The notes beneath the pieces were generated by a model. The model saw only the letters and a list, made by a program, of their open reading frames with translations, was not told the origin of the DNA and searched no databases. The position numbers and the translations under genes are program-made. DNA of 64,000 bases from the human T2T-CHM13v2.0 reference genome, Homo sapiens. Location: assembly GCF_009914755.1 (NCBI RefSeq), contig NC_060946.1; one strand, given 5' to 3'. Below are positions 40,487 to 54,339 of the stretch, in pieces (the stretch's first letter is position 1; the number at the start of each line of letters is the position of its first letter).

Positions 40487-41478
40487 CAGATGCTGGCGAG
40501 GTTGCAGAGAAAAGGAAACGCTTATACAGTGTTGGTGGGAGTGTACATTTGTTCAACCATTGTGGAAAGCAGTGTGGTGATTCCTCAAAGAGCTAAAAAC
40601 AAAAATACCATTTGAACCAGCAATCCCATTACTGGGTATATACTCAAAGGAATATAAATCATTCTACCGTAAAGACACATGCATGTGAATGTTCACTGAA
40701 GCAGTATTTACAATAGTAGTCACAGAATAAACCTAAATGCTCATCAGTGACAGATTGGATTAAAAAAAGGCAGCACATGTATATGATGGAATACTATGCA
40801 GCCATAAAAAAGAAACAGATCATGTCTTTTGAGGGAACATGGATAGACTTGGAGGCCATTATCCTTAGCAAACTGTCAAGGAAAAGAAAACCAAATTCCA
40901 CATGTTCTTACTTATAAGTGGGAGCTAAATGATGAGAACTCATGGACACAAAGAAGGGAACAACTGTCACTGGGGCCTGCTGAATGGTGGAAGGTGGGAG
41001 GAGGGAGATGATCAGAAAAAAATAACTATTGAATACTAGGCTTAGTACCTGGGTGGAGAAATGTCTGTACAACAAACCCCTGTGACTCTACCTGGGATGC
41101 TCTCTCTTGCTAAGTAATGAGTCAAAAAACAGTAGGTTTAGGTAGACTTCTTCTATTGGGTATAGGGTGCAAAATGTCCAGTCACTGTTCTGTTCCTCTA
41201 GTCCTGGGGTGCCAAACATTCTTGCCTCCTTCTCACTGCTTGTTGGGGTTCTCCTTTGGTTGTCTCTTGTGTCATTTTCAGGATTTATAGTTGTGCTTAG
41301 TGGGATGAGAGGAAGAAGTAGGGAAAAGCAGGCCTAGGTTATTTTATCTGGACCAGAAGTTCTACATTTTTTTTTTTTGTTAAGTAATGTTACACTATAA
41401 CAAGCACTTCTATTCATTTTATATATTGTCTATGGTTTACCTATATAACAAACTTGCGTAGGTACCTTAACCTAAAAT
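40487..41478 (+). mobile_element. 5'-truncated L1PA15/16-like element inserted in a MIR, with its 3' UTR interrupted by a 355-bp insert
   Basis: CAGATGCTGGCGAGGTTGCAGAG ... GATCAGAAAAAAATAACTATT ... AACCCCTGTGAC | GTTTACCTATATAACAAAC ... poly-A; degenerate TSD TAAGGTTGCC/TAAAGTTTCC. Confidence 0.9.
41083..41438 (+). repeat. Inserted copy of 39209-39562
   Basis: Direct repeat, ~16 substitutions and a 2-nt T-run difference. Confidence 0.97.
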
Positions 41479-43299
41479 AAAAGTTAAAAAAAAATAAAGT
41501 TTCCCTGTAAGCAGCATAGCTAGAATTTGAATCCAGGCCAGTATGACATTTAATGTGAAGTGAAACTAGCTTACAAAGGTTATTAGACATGGAATTGAGC
41601 CAAGAGATGTCTAGTATGTCCATTTCATTCCATTGATGGGGAACCTGAGACTTAGGGGGAAGAGGTGAGGAATGTCTTAAAGCTGAAATATCTGTGGCTA
41701 CAACTTTATGTCTTTCCCCTTCCATCAGATTTTAGATTGGTTTACAATTCCATTGGCATTTTCTGTGAAATAAAAAAAGGGAAAAAAAAGACATTATTCT
41801 TATGAAAGAAAAGAGATTAGTAGGCTTTCATTTGCTTCTTATCTCCTGCTTTTCTGCAAAAGGGGATTTAAAGAGAGGTTTTATTTTGTTCAAGGCCAAG
41901 AGCGAAACCTTTTCATACCTTTCCAGCTGGACAGGATCACCTGGTTTCCAAATCAGGAGATGTAATTGTTTATCTAGTGATTACCAACCCATGCTCCTAA
42001 CTAATTCCTTGCCCTGGGGGACCAGGAAATGTGATGTTACATTTATTTATAGATGAGGTTGTGAGAAGGCAGAGAGCACGTGATTCCTCTGATATGCGCA
42101 AGCCGTTTTCCCATCTGCTCCCATGTGCAGGAATAGGGGAGGTAAGACAAGACCTTTGCTAACTCTGAATTGGGAGAAAAATCAGGCAGCTTGGGGATAA
42201 TTTTCTAGTGGTGATGGTCAGTAGCAGGTGTGTATACACTTAGAAGTATGCCTATACCATGTGTGTGCATGCATATGTATGTATTGTGTGCATGTGTATT
42301 GAATACTTGTGATTGTGCAAGAGGTGGAGGCTTTTAGGTATGTAGAAAGGTATGTATGTGTATGGAATGGGTGTGTCACTTGGAGTCATTTTGTGCATAT
42401 ATTTGCTCCTGTGTGGACTGTAAGTTGTATAGACGTATTTGCTAACTCAGCACATACTGTTACTCATGAGCTTGAGTAATGTAGTTTACCTGCATGAAGC
42501 ATGGTCATGCTTATGGCAACCTATGTGTAGGGATTTTCCTCTTAATTTTAAATGACTAGTTCTTCAAGAAGAGAGGAAAATTCCACTCTTGACCTTTTCC
42601 CTCCTGTGGAACTTAAGTCTAGAGTGAGATCAGTCTTGCACCTGGGCCAGATGGATCTGTGAAATGGGTTTGAGTCTGGTCTGTAGGAGGGAGCATATGG
42701 TGTATCTGAGCCATCATCTTGAGACCAGATTCTATCCAAGAGAGGAGCAGAACCAGGAGTCAAATCAGAGCTCATAGACTTGTTCCACCTGATTTTCAAT
42801 GATCTTGGGCAGAGCTGTGGGTGGTGAGGCAATGGGAGGCTCATCTCCTTGAGCTGGTCAGGAAGAAGGGTGGTGAGTCCTATTATTTAGTCTCCTTTGG
42901 TACCCTTTTTCAAAACCAATTGGCCATAGATACATAGGTTTATCTCTGGACTCTCAATTTTATTTCATTGGTCTACATACCTCCCATAGTATTTTCAACA
43001 TAGTAGTTATGCATACATGGAAATTGTTCTAGAGACATAGCCAGATAATCTTGTCAATGCTGAAAGAGCCTTCAGAGCCCAAGTCCATCCTCCTTGCAAC
43101 ATGTGGGATCCCGCTACAGTTTTTTCACAAAAGTTCGTCTGGCCTCAGGTCAAATGCCTCCCAGGATGAGGCTGCATAACTCCATTGTTATACCGCACAC
43201 ACATTCCCAGAAAGTGTCTTCCGCGGAGACCAGTTCTGTGTAATTCGTACCTCTCTTTGTCCTTTGGGCTTATAATGAGTAAGCAACTTTGTTTCACTT

Positions 43300-43502
43300 G
43301 AGGGTCGTGTGATGTAAGGGAAAGACCACCAGCTTAGTCCTGAGTTTTAATCCCATCTTGTCACTAATTAGTCATAAAATCTCAGGTAAGGGCTTCTCCT
43401 GAGTGCCAGTTCCTTTATGTGAAAAATGAAAATGGGGCTAACACTCCCTGCTTCACAGGGGTTATGGGATAGGTCCAACGAGACACACACTTTAAAGCAC
43501 AA
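43300..43502 (+). mobile_element. MIR SINE
   Basis: AGTCCTGAGTTTTAATCCCA...CAGTTCCTTTATGTGAAAAATG...CTTCACAGGG. Confidence 0.7.
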
Positions 43503-44019
43503 TGTCTTGCCTGGGTCATCCTAAGTTCTCAAGTGATGTTGTTTTTCTCTACATGACAGTGCTTCAGACCTGCAAAGGCAACACTCATACCCTCAAAGCC
43601 TGCTGTTCTTCAGTCCAGGGGGCCACGTTTTCCTCATTGGTTCTGCACGTTATGTTTTTATGGACACTTCAGGATTCTGGTTTCCATCTAGATGTGTTTG
43701 AGTTTGTTGATGCCATTTGAAAAATGTGCTGCTGGTGTCTGAATGCAGAGCCGTAGGTGTCTCTGAGTATCACAGAGGGACAGGATGCTCTCTTCTTTAT
43801 AGTGAATGAGGTAGCTCTATTGATACAATGGCAGCCTACCTAGCTCTCCAAAACCACATCCTGCCGCGGCCAGGCTGACTCATGGCTCACTTCAATCATT
43901 AAGTCATTACCAAAGTTCTTGGGCTCTCTCACTGCTCCCTCACCAGTATTTGAGCAGGTAATTTTCGAGCCCAAGGGGATTAGTACACATTTAGTCACAA
44001 GGAATAAAACACCTTTTCT

Positions 44020-44522
44020 TTTTCTTGCTGAGGCCCTGTGCGATCTGGTTCCTGCTTACTTCTCATCTCCAGTCACTGTCCTGCTCACCTCTTCCACCCT
44101 CGTCCCTTGGGTCTCTAATTCCTGCAGCTCACCAAGGTCATTCTCAGCTCAGGAACCTGGCACAAGGCATTGCCTCAGCCAGGAAAGCTCTTCCCACTCT
44201 TATGATTTCTCAAGTCTGTCTCCTTCCCATGATGCAAGTCCTTCCCAGACCCCAAACCATAAGCTTCTAAGGAGTCTCTCCCCACCTACCTATGCTGCAT
44301 TTCATCCCACTTCATAGCACTTATCACAATTGGTAGTTACCTTATTGATTAACTTGTGTAAGGTTGGTCTCCTGAACTAAATTGTGAGCTCTACAAAACA
44401 AGAACAGATACCTTGTCTGTCTTGTTCATCTTTGAATCCCCAGCACCTAGCAGAATACCTGATGTATAATAGAAACCAAATAAATATTTTTGAGTTAAGG
44501 AATGCATGTATGCATGAATGAC
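44020..44522 (+). mobile_element. L2 3' relic
   Basis: GGCCCTGTGCGATCTGGTTCCTGC ... CTTCATAGCACTTATCACAAT ... ATCCCCAGCACCTAGCAGAATACCTG. Confidence 0.8.
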
Positions 44523-44579
44523 TTTGTTTCTGATGCATATAATATAATTGGATTTGGTTACTTTGATGGAAGCTCTACA

Positions 44580-44892
44580 TTTTATTTTTATTTTTACTTT
44601 TTTTTTTTTTGAGATGGAGTTTTACTCTGTCACCCAGGCTAGAGTGCAGTGGTGTGATCTGAGCTCACTGCAACCTCCACCTCCTGGGTTCAAGCGATTC
44701 TCATACCTCGACGTCCAGAGTAGCTGAGATTATAGGTGTGCGCCACCACACCCCGCTACTTTTTTTAGTTTTAGTAGAGATGAGGTTTTGTCATGTTGGC
44801 CAGGCTGGTCTGGAATTCCTGCACTTAGGTGATTTGCCAGCCTGAGCCTCCCAAAGTGCTGGGATTACGATTGTGAGCCACTGCACCTGGCC
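44580..44892 (-). mobile_element. Alu (S/J)
   Basis: Reverse Alu; TSD CATTTTATTTTT. Confidence 0.95.
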
Positions 44893-45048
44893 CATTTTAT
44901 TTTTTGAATCATCCTTGCTCATCAAACTCTCTCAGCACTATGTCATCTGCACATTTGCTCAGTATGCTAAATCTTCATCCAAGTCATAAAAAAAATATTG
45001 CTAAGGTAGGACCCAGGATGAGCATAAACAAGCCACTACAGGCTTTTC

Positions 45049-45632
<584 letters not shown>

Positions 45633-46536
45633 TAATTTGGTATTTTAAAAAATTTTTTGGTGTGCCTCCATATCAGTATACATTCTTTATTATTATTTTT
45701 TTTTTGTAATGTCATTCTGTATTCTCAGAGACTAGAACAAAGCTTGGCAAATAGCAGGAACTTTATCAATGCTTTTTGAATAAATGTGGCTCGCATCATT
45801 TGTAATTTACCTTAATATAAGCACAGAAGCAAACAAAAATGGAAATAACCATTTTGAACTCCAACATGAACAACCTTGCTCACTGACTTCGTGGCCATCC
45901 TTCACTGAGCTGAGAAGCCCATCCAGCTCTTATGCAACTTCTGAACTTCAAGCAGGGAAGCTGTTTCTGCTACGGTCACAGCACAGGCCCCGACATTGGC
46001 GGGGAACTGGCATTGAGAACTGCGGGCACATGGTAAATGACATGGTCCCAGATGGGTGTGAGAGAGAGATACAGGGAGCCAGGAAGAAGACTAGGAAGCC
46101 CTGTTTCTCCTTCTTTTGATTACATGTTGCAAGAATGTGTACTTCTAGGAATTTTATAGATTAGGTCTAGAGAAATAAAGCAGTCATTCAAAGCGTATTT
46201 TTAAGTTTAAATTTCACATTAGTTGGGATGCCACCTGATTTATGGCCTGTTCCTGCATTTACTTTTTATTCATTTGTTCAGAAAATAGTTATTGAGGATA
46301 TATTAAGTGCCAGCAGTTTGCAGGACACTCAGAAAATAAAGATAAAAAAGAAATTAAAAAGTGGTGGGGTGGGAAGTCCAGCCCTTTTCTTCCTCTCACC
46401 ATCTCTGAGTACAAGCTATTTGGTACTACTTCACTACCTTGCCTCCAAAACTCCTTAAATCTCTCTCTACCTAGCACCTACAAGCTTCACTGCAAAATTT
46501 TGCTCAAGGATGTATGTGTTAATAGTCAAATCTTGC

Positions 46537-46787
46537 ATGGATCCTCTGACTATCAGTGGATCTGGTGGGTCAGGGCTCTCACAATAGCTAAAACGAACGC
46601 CAAGCGTGTCTTTCCATGAGCCAAGTTAGAAGCTGAAGCAGAAAGAAGCTCCTTACTCAGGAGTTTCTGCCTAGGGGGAGTGTGCAAGGAACTGCCAAAA
46701 GAGTGGGTGGATGGGGAAAGATTTCGGGGGGGATCCTGGAATGAGCTCATGACTTGGCAATAGAAAACTGATATTTGCGAGAAGTCC
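46537..46787 (-). repeat. Left arm of a ~250-bp inverted repeat
   Basis: Reverse complement of 47597-47848 at roughly 80% identity, with a perfect 27-bp core AGCTCCTTACTCAGGAGTTTCTGCCTA. Confidence 0.95.
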
Positions 46788-46813
46788 AGCGTGCTAATGG
46801 ATTAATTATTGGC

Positions 46814-46816
<3 letters not shown>

Positions 46817-46856
<40 letters not shown>

Positions 46857-46904
46857 TCTCTCTTTCTCTCTCACACACATACACACACACACAGACACAC
46901 ACAC
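46817..46904. repeat. (CT)n(CA)n compound microsatellite
   Basis: Seen directly. Confidence 0.97.
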
Positions 46905-47424
46905 CTGACTTTGATAACAGAGAAATAGTAAACCACTCTGTAGTGCAGTTGTACTTGTTGGATTTTCTAGTTTTATGTTTTTAAAAAGGTATCATTTATT
47001 TTAAAAATGTGGAAAATATTTTTACTTTTCTTGAATTAATTTGAATGCAAATAAGTTTGCTTGTCCCTGGTGCATTACTGCTCCAGCCAAGGCACAGTTT
47101 CCAGGGTTGCAGTGATGGGAATGGAGCTCTGGAGACCTGGAGCCTGGGGCAGTAAGTCCACGAGCCCCAGTTCAGCCCAAGTCCAATGATGTTGCCATAC
47201 ATATTGAAATAATATGCCGGGAATCGCTCTGGATGGAATTACTGATTCAGGGGAGTAACGTTTGTAGGAGAGCTCCTTTCCCTTGCAGTTTCTGATAGAG
47301 AAGTCTCAGTTATTTGAGGCTATGGAATAGAAGTGAGGATTTTTATAGCTCAGGGAACAAATTTTATCATCCATTCCACATCTTGCCTCTGCCTCGTGGA
47401 ACTTAACCTTCCCCAAGTAGCAAA

Positions 47425-47646
47425 AACTATGCCTTGTGTTTAAAATGTTCACATGATTGTACTACCAGCATATCTCATTGAATCATTAATATTTTCCATT
47501 GAGGTAGATACTATTCTTACCCTTATTTTGCAGATATGGGGACTGAGGTTCAGAGAATAACTTGCACAAGGTCATCCCACTTAAAAGTGGTGGAAAGGAC
47601 TTCTCCCAAATACAGGTTTTCTGTTGCCAAACCATGAGCTCTTTCC
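47425..47646 (-). mobile_element. MIR SINE overlapping the right arm of the inverted repeat
   Basis: TTATTTTGCAGATATGGGGACTGAGGTTCAGAGA...ACTTGCACAAGGTCA. Confidence 0.85.
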
Positions 47647-47848
47647 AGGATCCCCTCCTCAATCTTTCTTCTATCCACCCACTTCTTCTGGCAGTTCCTT
47701 GTACATTCTCCTTAGGCAGAAACTCCTGAGTAAGGAGCTGCTGTCTGCTGAAGCTTCTAACTTGACTGTTGGAAACAAATGCTTGGTTTTCTCAGATATT
47801 GTGAGAGCTCCCACCTACCAGATCCACTGATGGAGTCTGAGGAGCCAT
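47597..47848 (+). repeat. Right arm of the ~250-bp inverted repeat
   Basis: See left arm; the ORF track shows the shared peptide RQKLLSKELLSA on opposite strands. Confidence 0.95.
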
Positions 47849-48127
47849 TTTGTTAGCTTAACTAGATGCTATCATCATAATACACTTGCTAATTTGCCTC
47901 CAGAGTCCCCTAACAGCCAGTTTAGTGGAACACAGGGGCTGCCTTCCTTTTATCTTTTTAATTTTTATAAAGTAAAATGCATAAACAAAAGGAGAGAACC
48001 AAACTTAGATCTGCTTTTGAAATGCCTCCCAGTCTTACCTGGCTTGTTCCTGTACCTGGCAATTCTTGGCTAAGGCAGAGTCGTGATGTCTTACTCGAGA
48101 TAGCCAATTAAAATAATAGCTTGATGA

Positions 48128-48505
<378 letters not shown>

Positions 48506-48694
48506 CTACCATTCTGTGCCCCAGATGACAACACCTGCATTTGACATTATGGCCTTCAACATCCCATCAGGCCACACTCCCCTGTCACGTCAGCACACTG
48601 CCCATGATTTTATTCCTCCTGGTTCCTCTACCCTCTTGCTGCTGTCAACCCTTCATTTCCTTCTGTTTCCTCTTACTCTCTTATTTTGCTCCTA

Positions 48695-49191
48695 TGATAG
48701 TAGTTTGCAAAAATGGCCAAGATTCCTCACTCCTCCCTGTGCTTTCCAAGCTTTTCCATGGAAAGTTAGAATCTATTTCCCCTGCCCTGGAATCTTGGCT
48801 GTCCTGTGGCTTTCTCTGGTGATAGAATATGGCAAAAGTGACCTTGTGCCAGTTCTGAGCCCAGGCCTGAAGAGGTCTTGCATGTTTCTGTTCATTGTCT
48901 TGGAAACATTCTGAGCCTCTGTGTCAACAACCCCAGGCTATCCAGCTGGATGACAAGGACTGTATGGCCCCATCACCTTTGGCACCCTAGTTGAGCCAGT
49001 CAATTCCTAAAAGTAGAGCTAATAATTGACTGGCAGCCAACTACAGATTCAGGAATGTGCCCAGCCAAGACCAGAAAAACCATCCAACTGGGCCAATTCT
49101 GTCAACTTGCAGAATTGTGAGCTAATTGGTATTATCTCAAGCTACTAAGTTTGAATGTTGTTTCTTATGCGGCAATGGCTAAATTGATACA
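48695..49191 (+). mobile_element. MLT1G/H-like solo LTR
   Basis: AAAAATGGCC...TAGAATATGGCAAAAGTGAC...GTTCTGAGCCCAGGCCTGAAGAGG ... GCAATGGCTAAATTGATACA. Confidence 0.8.
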
Positions 49192-49329
49192 CCTCCCTTT
49201 CAGACTTTTCCAAATCTTCCTCTAGAACCGTTTGTCACTGACACAAACTAGCTTCGTTTTCCAGCTCCAAGGATGCCCCCAGAAACCATGACTGTCATAG
49301 CCATGGGATCTGCTTCTCTTCCTAGTCTT

Positions 49330-49806
49330 TCTCCAGCCAAATGGTCCAAAGGGAGAGCTGCCATCCTCTTATCCACTTCATCCCCAGCTGAGGCCAGAGA
49401 TGAGCATATGGCTCCACCTGGAAAAAATCCGAGTGCTTTATTCCCAAACGACAATTAGTCCAATGTGAAGGAGGGCACACAAATCAAACCAGAGCAATCA
49501 GAGTCCTTCCTGGGACTTTACAACTGGAGAAATGAAGGAAAGTAGAAAAGAGACAGCAAAGATGTCAGCCTGAGCTACCATTGCCCAATTTCCTCGACAA
49601 ATGGAGAACCTGGTCTAGGAGAATAAAACTGGAAGACAGAAGTCAAATCACGAAAGGATTGACCGTGCAGCTGAGCTTTGAGTTCCTGGTGTCAACCATC
49701 CCTGATCTTGCTGTGGATTGAGCACATGAACTAATAATATCTTGTGTTTGCCTAAGCTAGTTTGAGTTGGGCATCTGTGACTTGCAATCAGAGCCCTGAG
49801 TAAAAC
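49330..49806 (+). mobile_element. MLT1K-like LTR relic
   Basis: GCAATCAGAGTCCTTCCTGGGACTTT ... TAAGCTAGTTTGAGTTGGG...TGACTTGCAA. Confidence 0.65.
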
Positions 49807-50562
49807 CTGTCCCACAATAAACAATCTTCCCTGAGCCTTGTGACCTGCAGAGAGGTCTTACCTGTTGAGTTTCCTCTGGTTTTAGCCAAGTGTAACCTAA
49901 TTTGAATGAAACTGGCAGAACCTATCATCATAGGTGTTTCTTTCCATGCCTCTTTTCTTTTTATTCTTTCAAAACGTATCTGCTGTGGTGGGCAAGAGCT
50001 GCGCTGTGCATTTGAGTTGCAGAGACAAACCACACAGGCTCTGCCCTCAGAAAGTTTGTGGTTTAGTTGGGGCATAAGTGAGTAGCCAGTTCTCTCTGGC
50101 ATGGTAACTACTATAATAGAGGGTTACATAAGATGCTGTGAACACACAGGTTGGAAGAGAGGGGCTGTTTAGGGAAGATACCCTGATAGAGTTGTTTTGT
50201 GTGCTAAGTATGAAAGCTAATAGTAGCTACCCAGGTGAAGGCAGAAAGTAAAGGGTGGAATGCTCTTTTGAAGAGGGGATGTTATGTGGAGATGTGTGGA
50301 CAGAGTCTGGAGAACTGCAGTAGGTTGAGGTGACAGATCAGAGGGTTGGGGATACAAAAAGAGGAAGATAGAAAGGTGTGCAGGGGCCAGGGCGTAAATG
50401 GACTTTGGGATCATGCTATCATGATTGTGCTTTTTTTTTTTTTTTTTTCCCCCTGAAATCAGTAGGTTTCAAGTTGTGGCAAGATTTCAATTGTAGAATC
50501 AGTGGATCAGATATCTGCTTTAGGAAGATAGGTTTAGCATCTCTGTAAAGAGTAGCTTAGAG

Positions 50563-50889
<327 letters not shown>

Positions 50890-51080
50890 CTAGTCATCTA
50901 GGAGAGGGATAATGAAGATCTGAGCAATTCAAGGCAGCAACCTTGGGTTTTAGAGATGGAGAGGAAAGGCAGATTAGAGAAATATTGAAGAGGCAGGAGC
51001 AACAGGAATTTGAGATGGATAAGCTGTGGGAAAGGAGGGGAAAAAGGAAGATGTCTCTCTAGAGGTGCTTTCATGCATGA

Positions 51081-51468
<388 letters not shown>

Positions 51469-51639
51469 GACAAAAGAAATCTTTGAACAAAGCCCTTGGT
51501 CCCTCATGTCCCAGATGACTTGGTAGCTATGAACTCCAATGTTTGTCTCTCCAGACCCATAAACCTGTGAAAAGCTAAGCCTATTACTCCCCTGTGGGAA
51601 AAAAAAAAATCAACAAATTCTTTTAGGGAAAAAGCAGCC

Positions 51640-51847
51640 AAAATTGTTGAGCTTCTCCCGCTGCATTTCTTTTCTCTCCAGGACCTTGGCACCTCACACC
51701 TTGGCTGTCTTGGTAGCTCTCCAATGCCCTCAAACAGCTGCTGTTGTGGTGGTTATTGTCATTGTTGTTGATTCAGCTTTTATAGTTGTTCTTGGCAAGA
51801 GAGTTGATCTGATGCAAGCTACTCTAACTTGGATGAAATTGGGAGTT
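51640..51847 (-). mobile_element. Old L1M 5'-end fragment
   Basis: CAGCTTTATAGTTGTTCTTGGCAAGAGAGTTGATCTGATGCAAGCTACTC resembles L1ME-type 5' termini. Confidence 0.55.
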
Positions 51848-52009
51848 CCAACCTCAATTGCATTTAATTCAAGTGCATATTAATTCAACTACATATTAAA
51901 GATCTACTTCAATGCTATCAATATTTTTGGGAGGATATGACTGAAAATATTAAATGAGCACCTAATCTTGCCGGGCAGTTTGACAGGTGCTTTATATAGA
52001 GTATAAGTG

Positions 52010-52250
52010 GTATTCTTTAGCAGCGAGTGCAATGGCTCCCAAGAGAGACTGCTTGGGTTTGACTTCAGAACCTATTACTTAAACTTAGGCAACTTATTTA
52101 ACTACTCTCTGCCTCAGGGTCTTCATTTATGTAATGAAGGCAAAAGATATCTGTCTTCTGGGACTACTCTGAGAAACAGATGGCATAGTACTGCCAAGCT
52201 CATGGTGCAGGGCCTCCTTCATATTAGATATCTAATAATGATGGTGTATG
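52010..52250 (+). mobile_element. MIR SINE
   Basis: GACTGCTTGGGTTTGA...TTAGGCAACTTATTTAACTACTCTCTGCCTCAG. Confidence 0.75.
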
Positions 52251-52752
52251 TTGTTATTGTCTCAGTTACATGGCACCAAAACTCTTGAGAGTTATTACTG
52301 ACCCTATTTTGCAAATGGTGAGACTGAGGCTAGAAGAAAATGTGAAGGTAAGTGAAGGTATGTGTGAGTATAAGTGTGTGTATGTGAGAGTGTAGGGTGG
52401 GGAGTGAGTGATATGACCAGAAAAATTATCACTTTAGTGCTGGACCAAATAAATCAAGGTAAGACAAGAGAGAGATAGGGTAAAATTCCAGTTAAGTTGT
52501 CACTGTAATGATGAGGAGAAAAGGAATGAAGGCCTGAAATAGGTTAATGGTACCAGAGATAGGAAAGAACAGAAGAATAGAGGGATGCTGTAGAAGGTAA
52601 GAGCAAGTGGCTTTAATAACACTTTAACTGTTGAATTTCAGATAAGAGTCCAAGGTGACCCTAAGATTTTACACTGACACAATGAAAAGGATAAAGGTGT
52701 TGATGATGACCAAGTTTATCTTTGCAGAGAAAAATTAATAAAGAGATGAGGG

Positions 52753-53042
<290 letters not shown>

Positions 53043-53387
53043 GATGAGGGAATGGAAGATGGAAGAAAGGTTAGATAAGTTTTGATGAAAAACAGGTGCT
53101 CACCAAGGATCCAGCATATAAGCAACAGATGAAGAAAACAGGTCCAGATGATGTTGCATAGTGGGAAGTTTTCTATCCATAGATTTATGAGGATATGAGT
53201 GAGTTCTGTGAGACAGACATGCTGACCAAGGTAAAATTAAGGTGTCATAAGTAAATTCATTGAATTTTGCAGTCTTCTCTAGCTCAACCCTAGGCACTGC
53301 TTAGAACCTTTGAAAGCTCTAAAGAAGTCCCAAAGACAAGTCTCATTTTGAGAGGGAGATAGGAGAAAGCTTCTGCTTAAATCTACT

Positions 53388-53445
53388 CACCCATCCATCC
53401 ATTCATCCATCCATCCATCCATTTATCTATACAGCCATCCACTCA
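53388..53445. repeat. (TCCA)n microsatellite at an L2 tail
   Basis: Seen directly. Confidence 0.85.
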
Positions 53446-54339
53446 TTTATTGCTCACTTAGTTGCAATTACATGCCAAGTACTAGAATATGTGGACAAAA
53501 GAGATGTCTCTGACCTCCAGAAACTCTCATCTGAACGGGAATATAATTATATAATTTAAAATTTAACCATAATTTATAATTCTACAGAGGAGATAAGTAT
53601 CACATTTTCACATATAAATACCTCCTGGTAGAACTTAAAGGAATTTACTAGGGATTTTAACCTTGGGTCTCACAATGTCTTACTAGGTGACTTTGAGCAA
53701 ATCCCTCCCACACATCTACTGAAAGGTCATAGGAAAGTTACTTCTTGCTAAGCCTCAGCTTCCACATCTGTGAATGGAGGGGTTTGGAACAGATGATGGA
53801 GGTCTCTTCCAGTCATTTGACTCTAAGGATTGTTCTGTGGGAGACCCTTTAGTCACATGACCTGGATATGACCAGCTTTTTTCACACCCTTTCCCCCCTT
53901 ATTCTCCCACATTTTTCTCTCTACCCTGAGCATTCACTGAAAGGATCACAAGGGGATGACTTTCAGGGGAGCAGGCTGTGAATAAATCTCCAAAAGTGGC
54001 TACTATGTGAGTATAAACATGTTTGTAGTAGATCCCAGGTAGAAACTTTCTGGCAGCTCAAATGGCTTAAGCTTTGTGATTTATTTGAGTGTATGGCATG
54101 CTACATGGCTTCCTGACTCAACCTCTGTAGCTCAATAAATCTCCTGGCTCTTTTCTTAAATGACACAGAAAGGAGGAAGGAAGAAATGAAAAAGAAGAGA
54201 GAGTTTTTACCAGAGAAGACGAGGGGGAAATTTTTTCCCTGTCTTCCTCTCTTGGATCTCAATTTGTTCTTTTTTTCCTTTTCTTAACACCCTGCATTGG
54301 CCTCAAATGTTTAATGGAAGCACTCATGTTTACAGTCTA

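Noticed and set aside
46553-47830. Two ORFs sharing RQKLLSKELLSA as paralogous micropeptides
   Set aside because: A consequence of the inverted duplication; there is no independent coding evidence
46537-47848. DNA transposon with 250-bp terminal inverted repeats
   Set aside because: No TSD or transposase remnant, and one arm overlaps a MIR that continues into the spacer
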